DNA from: Methanomassiliicoccaceae archaeon
GTDB taxonomy: Archaea > Thermoplasmatota > Thermoplasmata > Methanomassiliicoccales > Methanomethylophilaceae
Assembly (NCBI GenBank): GCA_009778275.1
Contig: WRKC01000102.1
Coordinates: forward strand, 1 to 40,018
Length of the DNA stretch: 40,018 nt
Direction of reading: 5' to 3'
The notes under the pieces were generated by a model. That model was given only the letters and a program-made list of their open reading frames with translations. It searched no databases and was not told the origin of the DNA. Position numbers and translations under genes: made by a program. Positions 17,925 through 27,168 of this stretch are shown one piece after another (the first letter of the stretch is position 1; each line of letters starts with the position of its first letter).

Positions 17925-20003
17925 ATGAAGGTAGGTATAGACCTTGGGACAACGTACTCTACAGTTGCTAGATATGATAAACAAACATCCAGGCCAGAAA
18001 TAATCAATAACAAGTTCGAAAAGGAGCTGACCCCCTCAGTCATATGCTTTTTGGACAACGGGGATGTATTGATCGGCGAGGACGCTAAGGACATGCAGGC
18101 CGGCGGTGCAGGCACGATCGCGGCGTCGTTCAAAAGAGGCATGGGCGACAATAGTTTTACAGTCGAGGCCAACGGCAGGGTGTACACGGCGGAAGACCTT
18201 TCCGCGATGCTTTTGAAAAAATTGATATCCGACGCTGAAGAGAAGTCCGGAGAGAAGATAGATTCGGTGGTGATCACCGTTCCGGCGTACTTCAACGACT
18301 TCCAGAGGACCGCCACGATCCGCGCGGGGGAGGCCTGCGGCGTGAAGGTCATGAAGATCATCAACGAGCCCACTGCGGCCGCGATATCATACGGATACAA
18401 CAGAGAATCCAACAAGACCGTCATGGTCTACGACCTCGGCGGAGGGACGTTCGACGTCACGCTGGTAAAGGTCAACAAAGGGAACATACAGGTCCTGGGA
18501 ACGGACGGCAACCACATACTAGGCGGAAAGGATTGGGACGCGGCCATTGTTAAATTTGTTTGCGAACAATTCGTAGAAGAATACGGTGTGGACCCCAGAG
18601 ATGACGAGCCTACCAAGAACGAGCTGATCGTCGCTTCGGAGAATTACAAGAAGATCCTCACCAGGACGGACAGCGTCACGATACAGATCAAATACGAAGG
18701 ATATTCGAGCAAGTACACACTGACGAGGGAGCAGTTCGACCTGAGGACGCATTTCCTCCTCAATGCAACAAAGGACGTTTGCATGAAACTGTTCGGCGAC
18801 CTCGGGCTGAGCTGGGCGGATGTGGATGAGATACTCCTCGTAGGAGGGTCCACAAGAATGCCGCAGGTGACCAATTTCCTTCAGAACATTTCGGGTAAGC
18901 CCGTGATAGACCACGCGGACACCGATCTGGCGGTCGCAAAAGGGGCGGCCATAACATCAGAATTCTACTGCAGCTCCAGCACAGGGGTCAGAGAGGTGCA
19001 GATATCAGACGTCACCGCGCACAGCCTCGGCGTACTGGCCGAAAGCCCCGGCGGGGACAGGTACATCAACGAGATAATGATCAAAAGGAACTCCAAGATC
19101 CCCTCATCGGTGAGGAAACCTTTCAAGATCAACCCCGGCAACATGACCAACATCATCGAGGTCTATACCCTGCAGGGCGAGAGCAAAGTGCCTCTTGACT
19201 GCTATGTTCTGGCCAAGGTCGTGATATCAGGATTCTACAATTCCGGCGACGGTTCGATAATCGACGTGGAATACAACTATGACGAGAACGGAGTGGTCCG
19301 TGTGTCCGCCTTCCAAGAGGGAGAGCCTCTGCAGGTCGATGCCGAACCCGTCCCGGCCGACATCTCCTGGATGGGCGACAGGCCGGAGAACCGTTCCTCG
19401 GGGGCGCCGATCTCAAAGAACGTCGTCCTCTGCATTGACCTGTCAAGAAGCATGAGGAACTCCCTCGAAGAGGTCAGGAAGGTCATCAACGATTTCGTTA
19501 TGAGCGTGGGGGATGAGTACACTAAGTTCGGGCTGATAGGCTTCGGCGACAAGGTGGGGATAATGCGGGACATGACCAACGACCCCAACATGATAGTCAC
19601 CGCGCTTGACGGCCTGAAGGTCAACGCTTACGGCAGAGGGACCGACGGCAGCCCCTTCGGCACGGCGGCGATGATGCTGTCGAACCGGCCGGGAGGGAAG
19701 ATGATCGTCGTCCTTACCGACGGGATATGGGGAAAAAGGGACTTCGCGGTCGGAGAGGCGCTCAATTGCAAGAACTCGAAGATCGCCATCGTCGGAGTGG
19801 GGATCGGCGAGGCCGACCTTGGTTTCCTTAAACAGATATCCACTGTGCAGGAAGGCGCTATGTACACCACGCTCGACAAACTCGGAGAGACATTCAGCAC
19901 GATCGCCTCCGCTCTAGGCTCCGGTTCGATGGGGCTGCGTGAGAGCGCCGGCGGGGACGGCGGAAGGTTGAAAAGCGCAGAAGTCAGAGGAAGGCTCCGC
20001 TGA
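17925..20003 (+). CDS. Non-canonical Hsp70 fused to a C-terminal vWA domain
   Basis: GIDLGTTYS, TVPAYF, NEPTAAA, DLGGGTFD, VGGSTRMP, AVAKGAA, SBD-beta; then vWA with MIDAS DLSRS...GTD...LTDG in place of the helical lid. Confidence 0.93.
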   Translation: MKVGIDLGTTYSTVARYDKQTSRPEIINNKFEKELTPSVICFLDNGDVLIGEDAKDMQAGGAGTIAASFKRGMGDNSFTVEANGRVYTAEDLSAMLLKKLISDAEEKSGEKIDSVVITVPAYFNDFQRTATIRAGEACGVKVMKIINEPTAAAISYGYNRESNKTVMVYDLGGGTFDVTLVKVNKGNIQVLGTDGNHILGGKDWDAAIVKFVCEQFVEEYGVDPRDDEPTKNELIVASENYKKILTRTDSVTIQIKYEGYSSKYTLTREQFDLRTHFLLNATKDVCMKLFGDLGLSWADVDEILLVGGSTRMPQVTNFLQNISGKPVIDHADTDLAVAKGAAITSEFYCSSSTGVREVQISDVTAHSLGVLAESPGGDRYINEIMIKRNSKIPSSVRKPFKINPGNMTNIIEVYTLQGESKVPLDCYVLAKVVISGFYNSGDGSIIDVEYNYDENGVVRVSAFQEGEPLQVDAEPVPADISWMGDRPENRSSGAPISKNVVLCIDLSRSMRNSLEEVRKVINDFVMSVGDEYTKFGLIGFGDKVGIMRDMTNDPNMIVTALDGLKVNAYGRGTDGSPFGTAAMMLSNRPGGKMIVVLTDGIWGKRDFAVGEALNCKNSKIAIVGVGIGEADLGFLKQISTVQEGAMYTTLDKLGETFSTIASALGSGSMGLRESAGGDGGRLKSAEVRGRLR

Positions 20004-20019
20004 TCGAGGGAAATGACCG

Positions 20020-23000
20020 ATGACAAGTGACAGAGAGAACTACTGTCGCCTCATAGGGCTTAATCCTTTGAAGGAGAGTTCGTACACATACGACGCGATC
20101 GAGAAGAAGATCGCTGCCAAAGAGAGCAAGTGGACCAAAGAGAGCAAAGATAAACAGAACGATCTCGACCGCAGGTTCCAGATAGGCAAATGGCTCGACA
20201 TGGTGCCTGAGATGCGCCGTGTCATGAAGGATCCGGCCCTGAGGTCCAGAGAGTTCGAGGACGGCAAGAAGATACTTAAGTCGAAAGCCTCCAGGCTCAA
20301 CAGGGATTCCATCATACTTCATGACGGCAGCCGCGTTCTGTTGCCCGGTACTGCGGAGAACCTTGTGAAAAAGCTGCAGTGGGACGGCATAAGCAAGGAC
20401 GACCTCATCAATCTGGCAGGGATAAAGAAGACATCCGTCCCGCCGGTCGTGAGCGAGAAGGTCATATCGGCATTCAAAGGGCTGCAGGAAGTGCACGCCT
20501 TCACTCCGATGGACGTTCTGAACGACCTGATCAAAAATCCGGACCTTGAGATCAACATAAATCCGCTTGACGAAGGGAGCACCCTTACGCAGATAAGGAG
20601 CGCATTCGACTCCTGCGAGAAAAGAGTGAACAGCGTAAGGCAGGAGATACTCCCCAACCAGGATTCGTACATCCAGACGCTGAGGTCTCTGAAACTCCTT
20701 CTGAGTTCCGATCAGGACCTCTCGAACCTTGTGAAATACGGCAAATGCATGAGGATCCTCGGTCCCGCGAAACTTATGATGGACGAGGACTACGGGCAGC
20801 CGTTCACCAGGGAATACATTGACGAGATCATCAACAAATACATCCGCCACACGAATGCCGATTCATCGATGGCGATCTCGATACTCGAAGAGTACTGCGT
20901 GAAAAAGAAATACCTCTCGAATTTCTCATCAAAAGAAAGCAAGCTTACAACATGCTCCCACTGCGGTGCGCTCGTCGAGTCCGGGGACAACATAATGTAC
21001 TGCTCCGTCTGCGGAGGCGGCATAAGGACCAAATGCCCGCAGTGCGGGACCGGCCAGGCCTCCGGCAACCGGGCCTGCATGAAATGCGGGTTCGATTTCC
21101 AGGACGGTCTGAATAAAGCAAAGGAACTTGAAAAGAAGTTCCGCATTGCCCTTTCGTACGGCATGATAGACGAGGCCGCGAACTGCATCACGAAGATCGA
21201 GCGCACGTATTCGACGTATCCTTCGCTGCAGGAGATGAAGAACGAGCTTAAACCGCTCTCCTCAAAATATAACGAACTGATCAATTCCATTGACCTCTTT
21301 TACAAGCAGAGGAAATACTATGCGCTGAGAAGCGCCGTCGATGATGCGAAGCTCGATTTCACAAAGATACTCAACAACCCGGAGATCGAGCGGAAATACG
21401 AGGAGGCGTCGCAGAAGATCATTGAGGCGGACAATACATGCGACCGCGCCGCATCCTCTAAGGACCAAAGCAACGCGATGATGATGTACGTCACGGCGAT
21501 AGAGATGTGTCCGGACCATCCCATTGCCAAAGCGAAGATGAAGGAACATCCCCCGGAGTCCCCCGCCGATGCGGTGGCTCAGGTAAGGGAGGGAAAGGTT
21601 CTGCTGAAGTTCGCCGTTCCCGAAGATAGGGCCGGCATGACCTTCTGCATTTTCAGGGGAAAGGACTCCCTTCCGGTGGTTACGGATGATTCCACACCCC
21701 TGGCGGAGATACCGGGAAGCGTTTACTTAGATAAGACCACGGAACCCGGCATCGATACTTATTATGCGGTATATTCAAAAAGATGGGGGATCCTTTCCAG
21801 AGAGGCCGCCTCGTGCGGCCCGGTCATGGTCTTCAAGGAAGTGGAGGTCGTGAGCATCGAGCCCATTGAGGGCGGGCTGAGGATCATCTACGAAAAGCCA
21901 AAGGGTGCCTCCAAGGTGCGTATCTGGAGGAAAGAAGGGACATCCGCCGCCGGTGTCGGAGAAGAAGTGGAGATAATGCACGGCGGAGAGACTGTCATAG
22001 ACGATTACGGCCTGAAAGGCGGAGTGAAATATTATTATCTTCTAGTCGCCGAATACAAGAATAAAGGACGCACGGAAAGGTCGATGGGAAACGTCGTATC
22101 ATTCACGACCACAAAGTTCCCGGAGCCGATAAGGGATATGGAAATAAGATGGAACAAGGCCGACGGTTCTTTCACGGCAAAGTGGAAGAGCAAGGAGCGC
22201 GTCTCCCTTTATTCATCCCCCAACAAAGTGAACCTGTTCGGAAGGATGGTCAAACTGGACGATCTGAACGCATGGATGAAGGAGATACAGCCTTTGGAGG
22301 CGTACGAGAACGGAATGAGGTTCCTCCTCCCGGACGGCGCCGTACAGTACATCTATCCTATGATCCCCGCCGGGAAGGTGGCGGTCAGAGGCAAGGAGAT
22401 CCTGGTCGCCAACCTGAAACCCTTCAGGGATGTTGAGAAAAGGATGAGCGGCAACGACTGTGACGTGACGATGACGTGGCCCATGGGCGCTGACTCGGCG
22501 ATCCTGGCGATCAAAGAATCCGCGGCGGCATCGGGGCCGGACGACCTCGATGCCGAGCGCATAACGATCACCAGGGATGCCTATAACAAAGACAAGATGG
22601 TAAGGATACCCATGGGCAACTCGAAAAAGAGGACCGTGACGCTGTATGCTGTGTACGACGTGTCGGGAGAGAGGATGACATCGAGAGGGATGAGCATCGA
22701 CATCTATTCCGGAGCTAGCAGCAAGGTCAGGTATTCCATGACCCTTGAGGGGTCCTCCAAAGCGGAATCGAAAGTGATATTGAGCATCGACACCGACAGC
22801 GGGACCCGAGAGCTCCCGCCGATGACAGCGATAGCCGTTCAGGATGGGATACCGCTCAAGATATGGGACGGGGAATCGATATGGTCCTCGAACAGGCCCG
22901 TGGCCCTCAATTCCGGAAGGGCGACCATCATGTTCACCGTGAAGACCAAAGTGGACATCAGCAAAGTAAGGTTGTTCTTCGTTAACGAGGAGGACTACAA

Positions 23001-23040
23001 CCTGTTCAAGTTCATACACCCGCTGTACAAGGAGAAGTGA
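20020..23040 (+). CDS. Multidomain protein: degenerate J-like N-terminus, double zinc ribbon, helical/TPR-like segment, FnIII-like beta-sandwich repeats
   Basis: NYCRLIGL...VMKDPALRSREFE; CSHC/CSVC/CPQC/CMKC; FnIII-like strands YLDKTTEPGIDTYYAVY and IDDYGLKGGVKYYYLLV. Confidence 0.7.
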   Translation: MTSDRENYCRLIGLNPLKESSYTYDAIEKKIAAKESKWTKESKDKQNDLDRRFQIGKWLDMVPEMRRVMKDPALRSREFEDGKKILKSKASRLNRDSIILHDGSRVLLPGTAENLVKKLQWDGISKDDLINLAGIKKTSVPPVVSEKVISAFKGLQEVHAFTPMDVLNDLIKNPDLEININPLDEGSTLTQIRSAFDSCEKRVNSVRQEILPNQDSYIQTLRSLKLLLSSDQDLSNLVKYGKCMRILGPAKLMMDEDYGQPFTREYIDEIINKYIRHTNADSSMAISILEEYCVKKKYLSNFSSKESKLTTCSHCGALVESGDNIMYCSVCGGGIRTKCPQCGTGQASGNRACMKCGFDFQDGLNKAKELEKKFRIALSYGMIDEAANCITKIERTYSTYPSLQEMKNELKPLSSKYNELINSIDLFYKQRKYYALRSAVDDAKLDFTKILNNPEIERKYEEASQKIIEADNTCDRAASSKDQSNAMMMYVTAIEMCPDHPIAKAKMKEHPPESPADAVAQVREGKVLLKFAVPEDRAGMTFCIFRGKDSLPVVTDDSTPLAEIPGSVYLDKTTEPGIDTYYAVYSKRWGILSREAASCGPVMVFKEVEVVSIEPIEGGLRIIYEKPKGASKVRIWRKEGTSAAGVGEEVEIMHGGETVIDDYGLKGGVKYYYLLVAEYKNKGRTERSMGNVVSFTTTKFPEPIRDMEIRWNKADGSFTAKWKSKERVSLYSSPNKVNLFGRMVKLDDLNAWMKEIQPLEAYENGMRFLLPDGAVQYIYPMIPAGKVAVRGKEILVANLKPFRDVEKRMSGNDCDVTMTWPMGADSAILAIKESAAASGPDDLDAERITITRDAYNKDKMVRIPMGNSKKRTVTLYAVYDVSGERMTSRGMSIDIYSGASSKVRYSMTLEGSSKAESKVILSIDTDSGTRELPPMTAIAVQDGIPLKIWDGESIWSSNRPVALNSGRATIMFTVKTKVDISKVRLFFVNEEDYNLFKFIHPLYKEK

Positions 23041-23044
23041 AAAA

Positions 23045-24307
23045 GTGGCAAAGAACCCCGAACCCCAGCCATCCGCCTTGACGTACATCTGCCCCTTCTG
23101 CTTCAGTTCCGTCGACCTGAAGGATATCCACTACCAGTGCACCAACCCCGCATGCACGAAGATATTCCTCAGGGAGCTCGACGAGAAGAACGCCCGCAAA
23201 TACAGATCGAAGAACATAGAGGAGGAGATCGACGTAGAGAACTCCATCTTCTTGGGGAAGGACCCCGCCGGGCCTTCGCCGGCCACGACAAAGTATCATA
23301 TCATAAGGAACTCCAAAGGAGCATGCGACATTTGCAAGAAGCCGGTCTACAAGAGGCTCTGCCCCAGCTGCCACAACCCGATCCCCCAAGGGGCGGAAGA
23401 GGAGGGCAGCAGCGTATTCGTCGTGCTCGGACCGAAAGGAGTGGGTAAAAGTCACTACATAGCGGTCCTCATAAACCAGCTCAGGAACTCCTTCTCCCCC
23501 GAGTTCGGGGCCACGATGAGCCCCGCTACGGACCGCACCACCCTGAAATACAGGGAAATGTACTATAAGAGACTGTATGAGGAGGGGAGGAAGCTCTCCC
23601 CCACGCTCTCCTTCGAAGAAAGCAGAGATTCCAGGGAACCCATGATCTACTATCTCAGGTTCCTCGAGGGAGATTCGCCCCGCGTCTACACCCTGGCCTT
23701 TTTCGATACTGCGGGAGAGGACCTCGATTCCACGGGAAAGATGATGGGGCTGAACCTCAACTCGTTCATCTCCAGGGCATCAGGCATCGTGTTCCTGGTG
23801 GACCCGCTTCAGATACCTTACATCAACACCAGGATACGCATGGACAACAAGCCCCCCACCGGGGGCAACGTGGCCAACATGCTCTCGGATATCTCGAACA
23901 TCATAAGGACGAACAATTCGCTCAAGATAAAGGATCAGATATCCATCCCGCTGGCGGTCGTTCTCACAAAAGCGGATGTGCTCATGAAGGCTCCGGAGAA
24001 CGATGAGGAGAGCAGCATACTGTTCGGCATGAACTCCTCCCTCTACGTCGAAAGAGAGAGGGGAAGATATGATAGGAGCAATTTCGAACAGATAAGTGCG
24101 GAGATCGAAGAATATATGCGCAGGGCGGTATCAAAGGGCTTTGTACAGACCGTCAAGGAATTCAAAGAGCATTCTTACTTTGCAGTGTCCTCGCTGGGAA
24201 GCAATCCCACCGGGAACATGCTCACAAGAGGGATATCACCGATGCGCGTGGAAGACCCGTTCATATGGCTTCTCAACTGCGAGAGCCTAAAGGAGAGAAA
24301 GAAATGA
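23045..24307 (+). CDS. Zinc-ribbon + TRAFAC-class GTPase (double-GTPase-system type)
   Basis: N-terminal CPFC, CTNPAC, CDIC, CPSC; G1 GPKGVGKS, G3 DTAG, LVDP, G4 TKAD, G5 VSSLG; GTG start. Confidence 0.85.
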   Translation: MAKNPEPQPSALTYICPFCFSSVDLKDIHYQCTNPACTKIFLRELDEKNARKYRSKNIEEEIDVENSIFLGKDPAGPSPATTKYHIIRNSKGACDICKKPVYKRLCPSCHNPIPQGAEEEGSSVFVVLGPKGVGKSHYIAVLINQLRNSFSPEFGATMSPATDRTTLKYREMYYKRLYEEGRKLSPTLSFEESRDSREPMIYYLRFLEGDSPRVYTLAFFDTAGEDLDSTGKMMGLNLNSFISRASGIVFLVDPLQIPYINTRIRMDNKPPTGGNVANMLSDISNIIRTNNSLKIKDQISIPLAVVLTKADVLMKAPENDEESSILFGMNSSLYVERERGRYDRSNFEQISAEIEEYMRRAVSKGFVQTVKEFKEHSYFAVSSLGSNPTGNMLTRGISPMRVEDPFIWLLNCESLKERKK

Positions 24308-25080
24308 CCGACAAAAAAAGATCCAGCAAGGCCAGCAAGCTCAAGAATTTCTTGGTGACGGGGTCCATCGAGGATGAGGAGGGGTACAACAAAATGAATG
24401 AAGAAGAAATGCCTGCAAAGGACCTCGCCGATACGGAGGGGGCTCCGGCGTATGACCCGCCGGAGGAGGAGATGGTCATTGAAGATATCATAGATGGAGA
24501 GATAGAGATCGAGACCGTGCGTGGAGACAACATTCCCCCGTGGCCCGACGGCGGCGATATCGATTCCCTTGAAAGGGAGATCGCCGAACTGAAAGGGATG
24601 GTCGCCTGCCTCGCATCCGATCTGGAAAGATACACCACCTCAAAAGAGCAGCTGAAAGAATATTCAACGGTCATAAACAAAAGGGATTCGGAGTTAGCCA
24701 ACAGGAAGTTCATTGGGATGCTGGAACAGCTGTCCGCAATGAGAGAGGACTTCTTCAAACTCTGCAAGGGAATGAACGCTAAATTGGACAGTTTCTCGCC
24801 GAAGGACATCCTGAGCTCGTTCGAAGCGTACGGGGTCGACATGGAGAATATCCTGGTCGACTGCGGCGTGCAGATCGGTCGGAGCAAGTACGAGAGACTG
24901 AACACAATACACCAAAGAATCGTCGATGTCATACCCACCGACGATGAATCAATGAACGGTATGATAGCGGAGAGGGTGTCTGACGGGTACGTGTACCAGG
25001 GGCGCGTTCTTCAAAAGGAAAAGGTGAAAATCTATAAGTATTCTGAGAACGGAAAAACAGAAGGAGATGAAGAAAAATGA
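24304..25080 (+). CDS. grpE: GrpE-like nucleotide exchange factor with acidic N-terminal extension
   Basis: Coiled coil followed by HQRIVDV...IAERVSDGYVYQGRVLQKEKVKIY, matching the GrpE beta-domain pattern; ATGA overlaps at both ends. Confidence 0.75.
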   Translation: MTDKKRSSKASKLKNFLVTGSIEDEEGYNKMNEEEMPAKDLADTEGAPAYDPPEEEMVIEDIIDGEIEIETVRGDNIPPWPDGGDIDSLEREIAELKGMVACLASDLERYTTSKEQLKEYSTVINKRDSELANRKFIGMLEQLSAMREDFFKLCKGMNAKLDSFSPKDILSSFEAYGVDMENILVDCGVQIGRSKYERLNTIHQRIVDVIPTDDESMNGMIAERVSDGYVYQGRVLQKEKVKIYKYSENGKTEGDEEK

Positions 25081-26669
25081 GCAATGAATATATGATCGGA
25101 ATTGACCTCGGTACGACATACTCGTGCCTGGCATTCATAGATGAAGAGGGTGACCCCATCGTCGAGAAGAACTTCGAGCAGGAGGACACGACGCCGTCAG
25201 TCATACTTTTCAACGAGAACGGAGAGATAATAGTCGGATCGCCCGCAAAGGACATGGCGATAATGTACCCTCTGGAAAGGGTCGTTACGGCCATCAAAAG
25301 ACAGATCGGCACCGATTATGAAGTGGACATCGACGGGGACAAATACACCCCCGTGACCCTGTCCGCAGCCATCCTGAGGAAGATGATCAACGACTTCAAT
25401 GACAACCACGGCGTGGATGTGAAAAAGGCAGTGATCACCTGCCCGGCGTACTTCGGGCAGAACGAAAGGGATGCCACCAAGACCGCAGGGAAGGTCGCCG
25501 GCCTTACGGACGTGACGATCATCAACGAGCCCACCGCGGCGGCGATATCCTTCGGATTCGGCGCGGGAGCGGGGGAGAAGAAGAGAGTGATGGTCTACGA
25601 CCTCGGCGGAGGAACGTTCGACGTTACCATTCTGGAGATAGAGGGAAGCGCGTTCACCGCTGTCGCGACAGACGGGGAGAGGCTCCTCGGAGGCAAGGAT
25701 TGGGATCAGGCCCTGATCAAGATCATAAAACAGAAGGTGTGCGAGGAGAACGACATCGAAGAGACCGAGCTTGACGATGACGATGATGTTAAACAATCAC
25801 TCATCCTCGACTCCGAGACGATCAAAAAGAGGCTTTCGACCGCGGAATCCACCAAAGGAACGCTTACGGTCGGAGGAAAGAAGGCCGTTTACACCATAAC
25901 AAGATCTGAGTTCGAGGCCGCCACCGCGCCGCTGATGCAGACCACAATCGACATCATCGACAGAGCGCTTGCATCGAAAAGCTTCTCCATATCCGACATC
26001 GACGACGTCATCCTGGTCGGAGGTTCCTCCAGGATGCCTCAGGTCAAGAACGGGATATGCCAGAAATACCCGGACGCCAGCGTTAAAGTGTTCGATCCGG
26101 ACCAGTCCATCGCGAAGGGTGCGGCAATATTCGCAAGCGCCCACAACTGGGCCAGCGCAGAGGACTCCGCTGCGGCGGTCGCGGCAGGCGAGACCTATGT
26201 CCCCAAGGAAGGAGAGATCACAGTCCACAACGTACTGAGCAAATCCTTCGGGATCAAGGCCGTGTACGACGACGGAAGGGAGAGGGAGATGATCTCGAAC
26301 ATCATCTTCAGGAACGAGGTGCTCCCAATAGTCGCCACCAAGACCTATTATCCGGTGGACGACGGCCAGACCTCCATCAAAGTGGAGATCTTCGAGAACT
26401 CCGCCTCCAACAACGACCAGGGGAAGAGGATCGAGCTGATCGACGGATACAGCGTCGGAGATTTCGAGATGGACCTGCCGGAAGGAGTGACCAGGAGCAC
26501 CCCCATCACCGTCAAGTTCATCGCGACGGACGAGGGCATACTGGTCTCGCATGTGGACTGCTTGTCTCTGCACACCGAATACCAGCTGCAGAACAAACTC
26601 CAGATGTCTGATTCCGAGATCAAGGATTCCCAGGGACTCATGGAAAAGGTCGCTAAACCGAACGAATAA
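25077..26669 (+). CDS. Second non-canonical Hsp70 (NBD + SBD-beta, lid truncated)
   Basis: GIDLGTTYS, TPSV, TCPAYF, NEPTAAA, DLGGGTFD, VGGSSRMP, IAKGAA; only 530 aa. Confidence 0.93.
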   Translation: MSNEYMIGIDLGTTYSCLAFIDEEGDPIVEKNFEQEDTTPSVILFNENGEIIVGSPAKDMAIMYPLERVVTAIKRQIGTDYEVDIDGDKYTPVTLSAAILRKMINDFNDNHGVDVKKAVITCPAYFGQNERDATKTAGKVAGLTDVTIINEPTAAAISFGFGAGAGEKKRVMVYDLGGGTFDVTILEIEGSAFTAVATDGERLLGGKDWDQALIKIIKQKVCEENDIEETELDDDDDVKQSLILDSETIKKRLSTAESTKGTLTVGGKKAVYTITRSEFEAATAPLMQTTIDIIDRALASKSFSISDIDDVILVGGSSRMPQVKNGICQKYPDASVKVFDPDQSIAKGAAIFASAHNWASAEDSAAAVAAGETYVPKEGEITVHNVLSKSFGIKAVYDDGREREMISNIIFRNEVLPIVATKTYYPVDDGQTSIKVEIFENSASNNDQGKRIELIDGYSVGDFEMDLPEGVTRSTPITVKFIATDEGILVSHVDCLSLHTEYQLQNKLQMSDSEIKDSQGLMEKVAKPNE

Positions 26670-26671
26670 AC

Positions 26672-26698
26672 GGGGGCACTGCCCCCTATTTTCATTTT
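26672..26698 (+). terminator. GC hairpin plus T-rich tract ending the Hsp70-GTPase operon
   Basis: GGGGGC-ACT-GCCCCC followed by TATTTTCATTTT. Confidence 0.6.
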
Positions 26699-26754
26699 AT
26701 ATATCTATATATTTATAGCAACAGAATCATTACAAAGGTCGGAGACCAAAGAAC

Positions 26755-27165
26755 TTGTATTGTCATAACTGCGGGAACGCGATAGACGACGATGCCAACC
26801 ACTGCAAACACTGCGGGCAGCCCGTGAAGAACTACGGCCGATACGCTACGTTTACGAATCTTCGCGAAAAGGAAGTGGGGGTCGGCCTTATCATCGCCCT
26901 GCTGGTCATAGGCGGGGGCCAGATGTATGCGGGGAAGATAGCAAGAGGGTTCATCATATTATTGGCATGGGTGTTTTTATTCATACCCGTGTTGGCACTA
27001 ATCATCATAAGCGATGTTGTGGCCGGGCCCTACGGAGGGGCATTCGCTGTCATAGCGGCCTTCGTCATCTACATCGGATATTGGGTCTGGTCGATCTATG
27101 ACGCGAAGATCACGATAGAAAGATACAACGAGGCTCTCAGAAATACGGGCCGGCCGCCGTGGTAA
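26755..27165 (+). CDS. Zinc-ribbon + TM2-like membrane protein
   Basis: CHNCG...CKHCG ribbon; GGGQMYAGKIARG followed by hydrophobic helices and WSIYDA; TTG start after GGAG. Confidence 0.75.
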   Translation: MYCHNCGNAIDDDANHCKHCGQPVKNYGRYATFTNLREKEVGVGLIIALLVIGGGQMYAGKIARGFIILLAWVFLFIPVLALIIISDVVAGPYGGAFAVIAAFVIYIGYWVWSIYDAKITIERYNEALRNTGRPPW

Positions 27166-27168
27166 AGA

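Noticed and set aside
17925-26669. Canonical dnaK-dnaJ-grpE heat-shock operon
   Set aside because: Both Hsp70s lack the lid and canonical linker, there is no HPD or CxxCxGxG DnaJ, and GTPase and vWA components are present.
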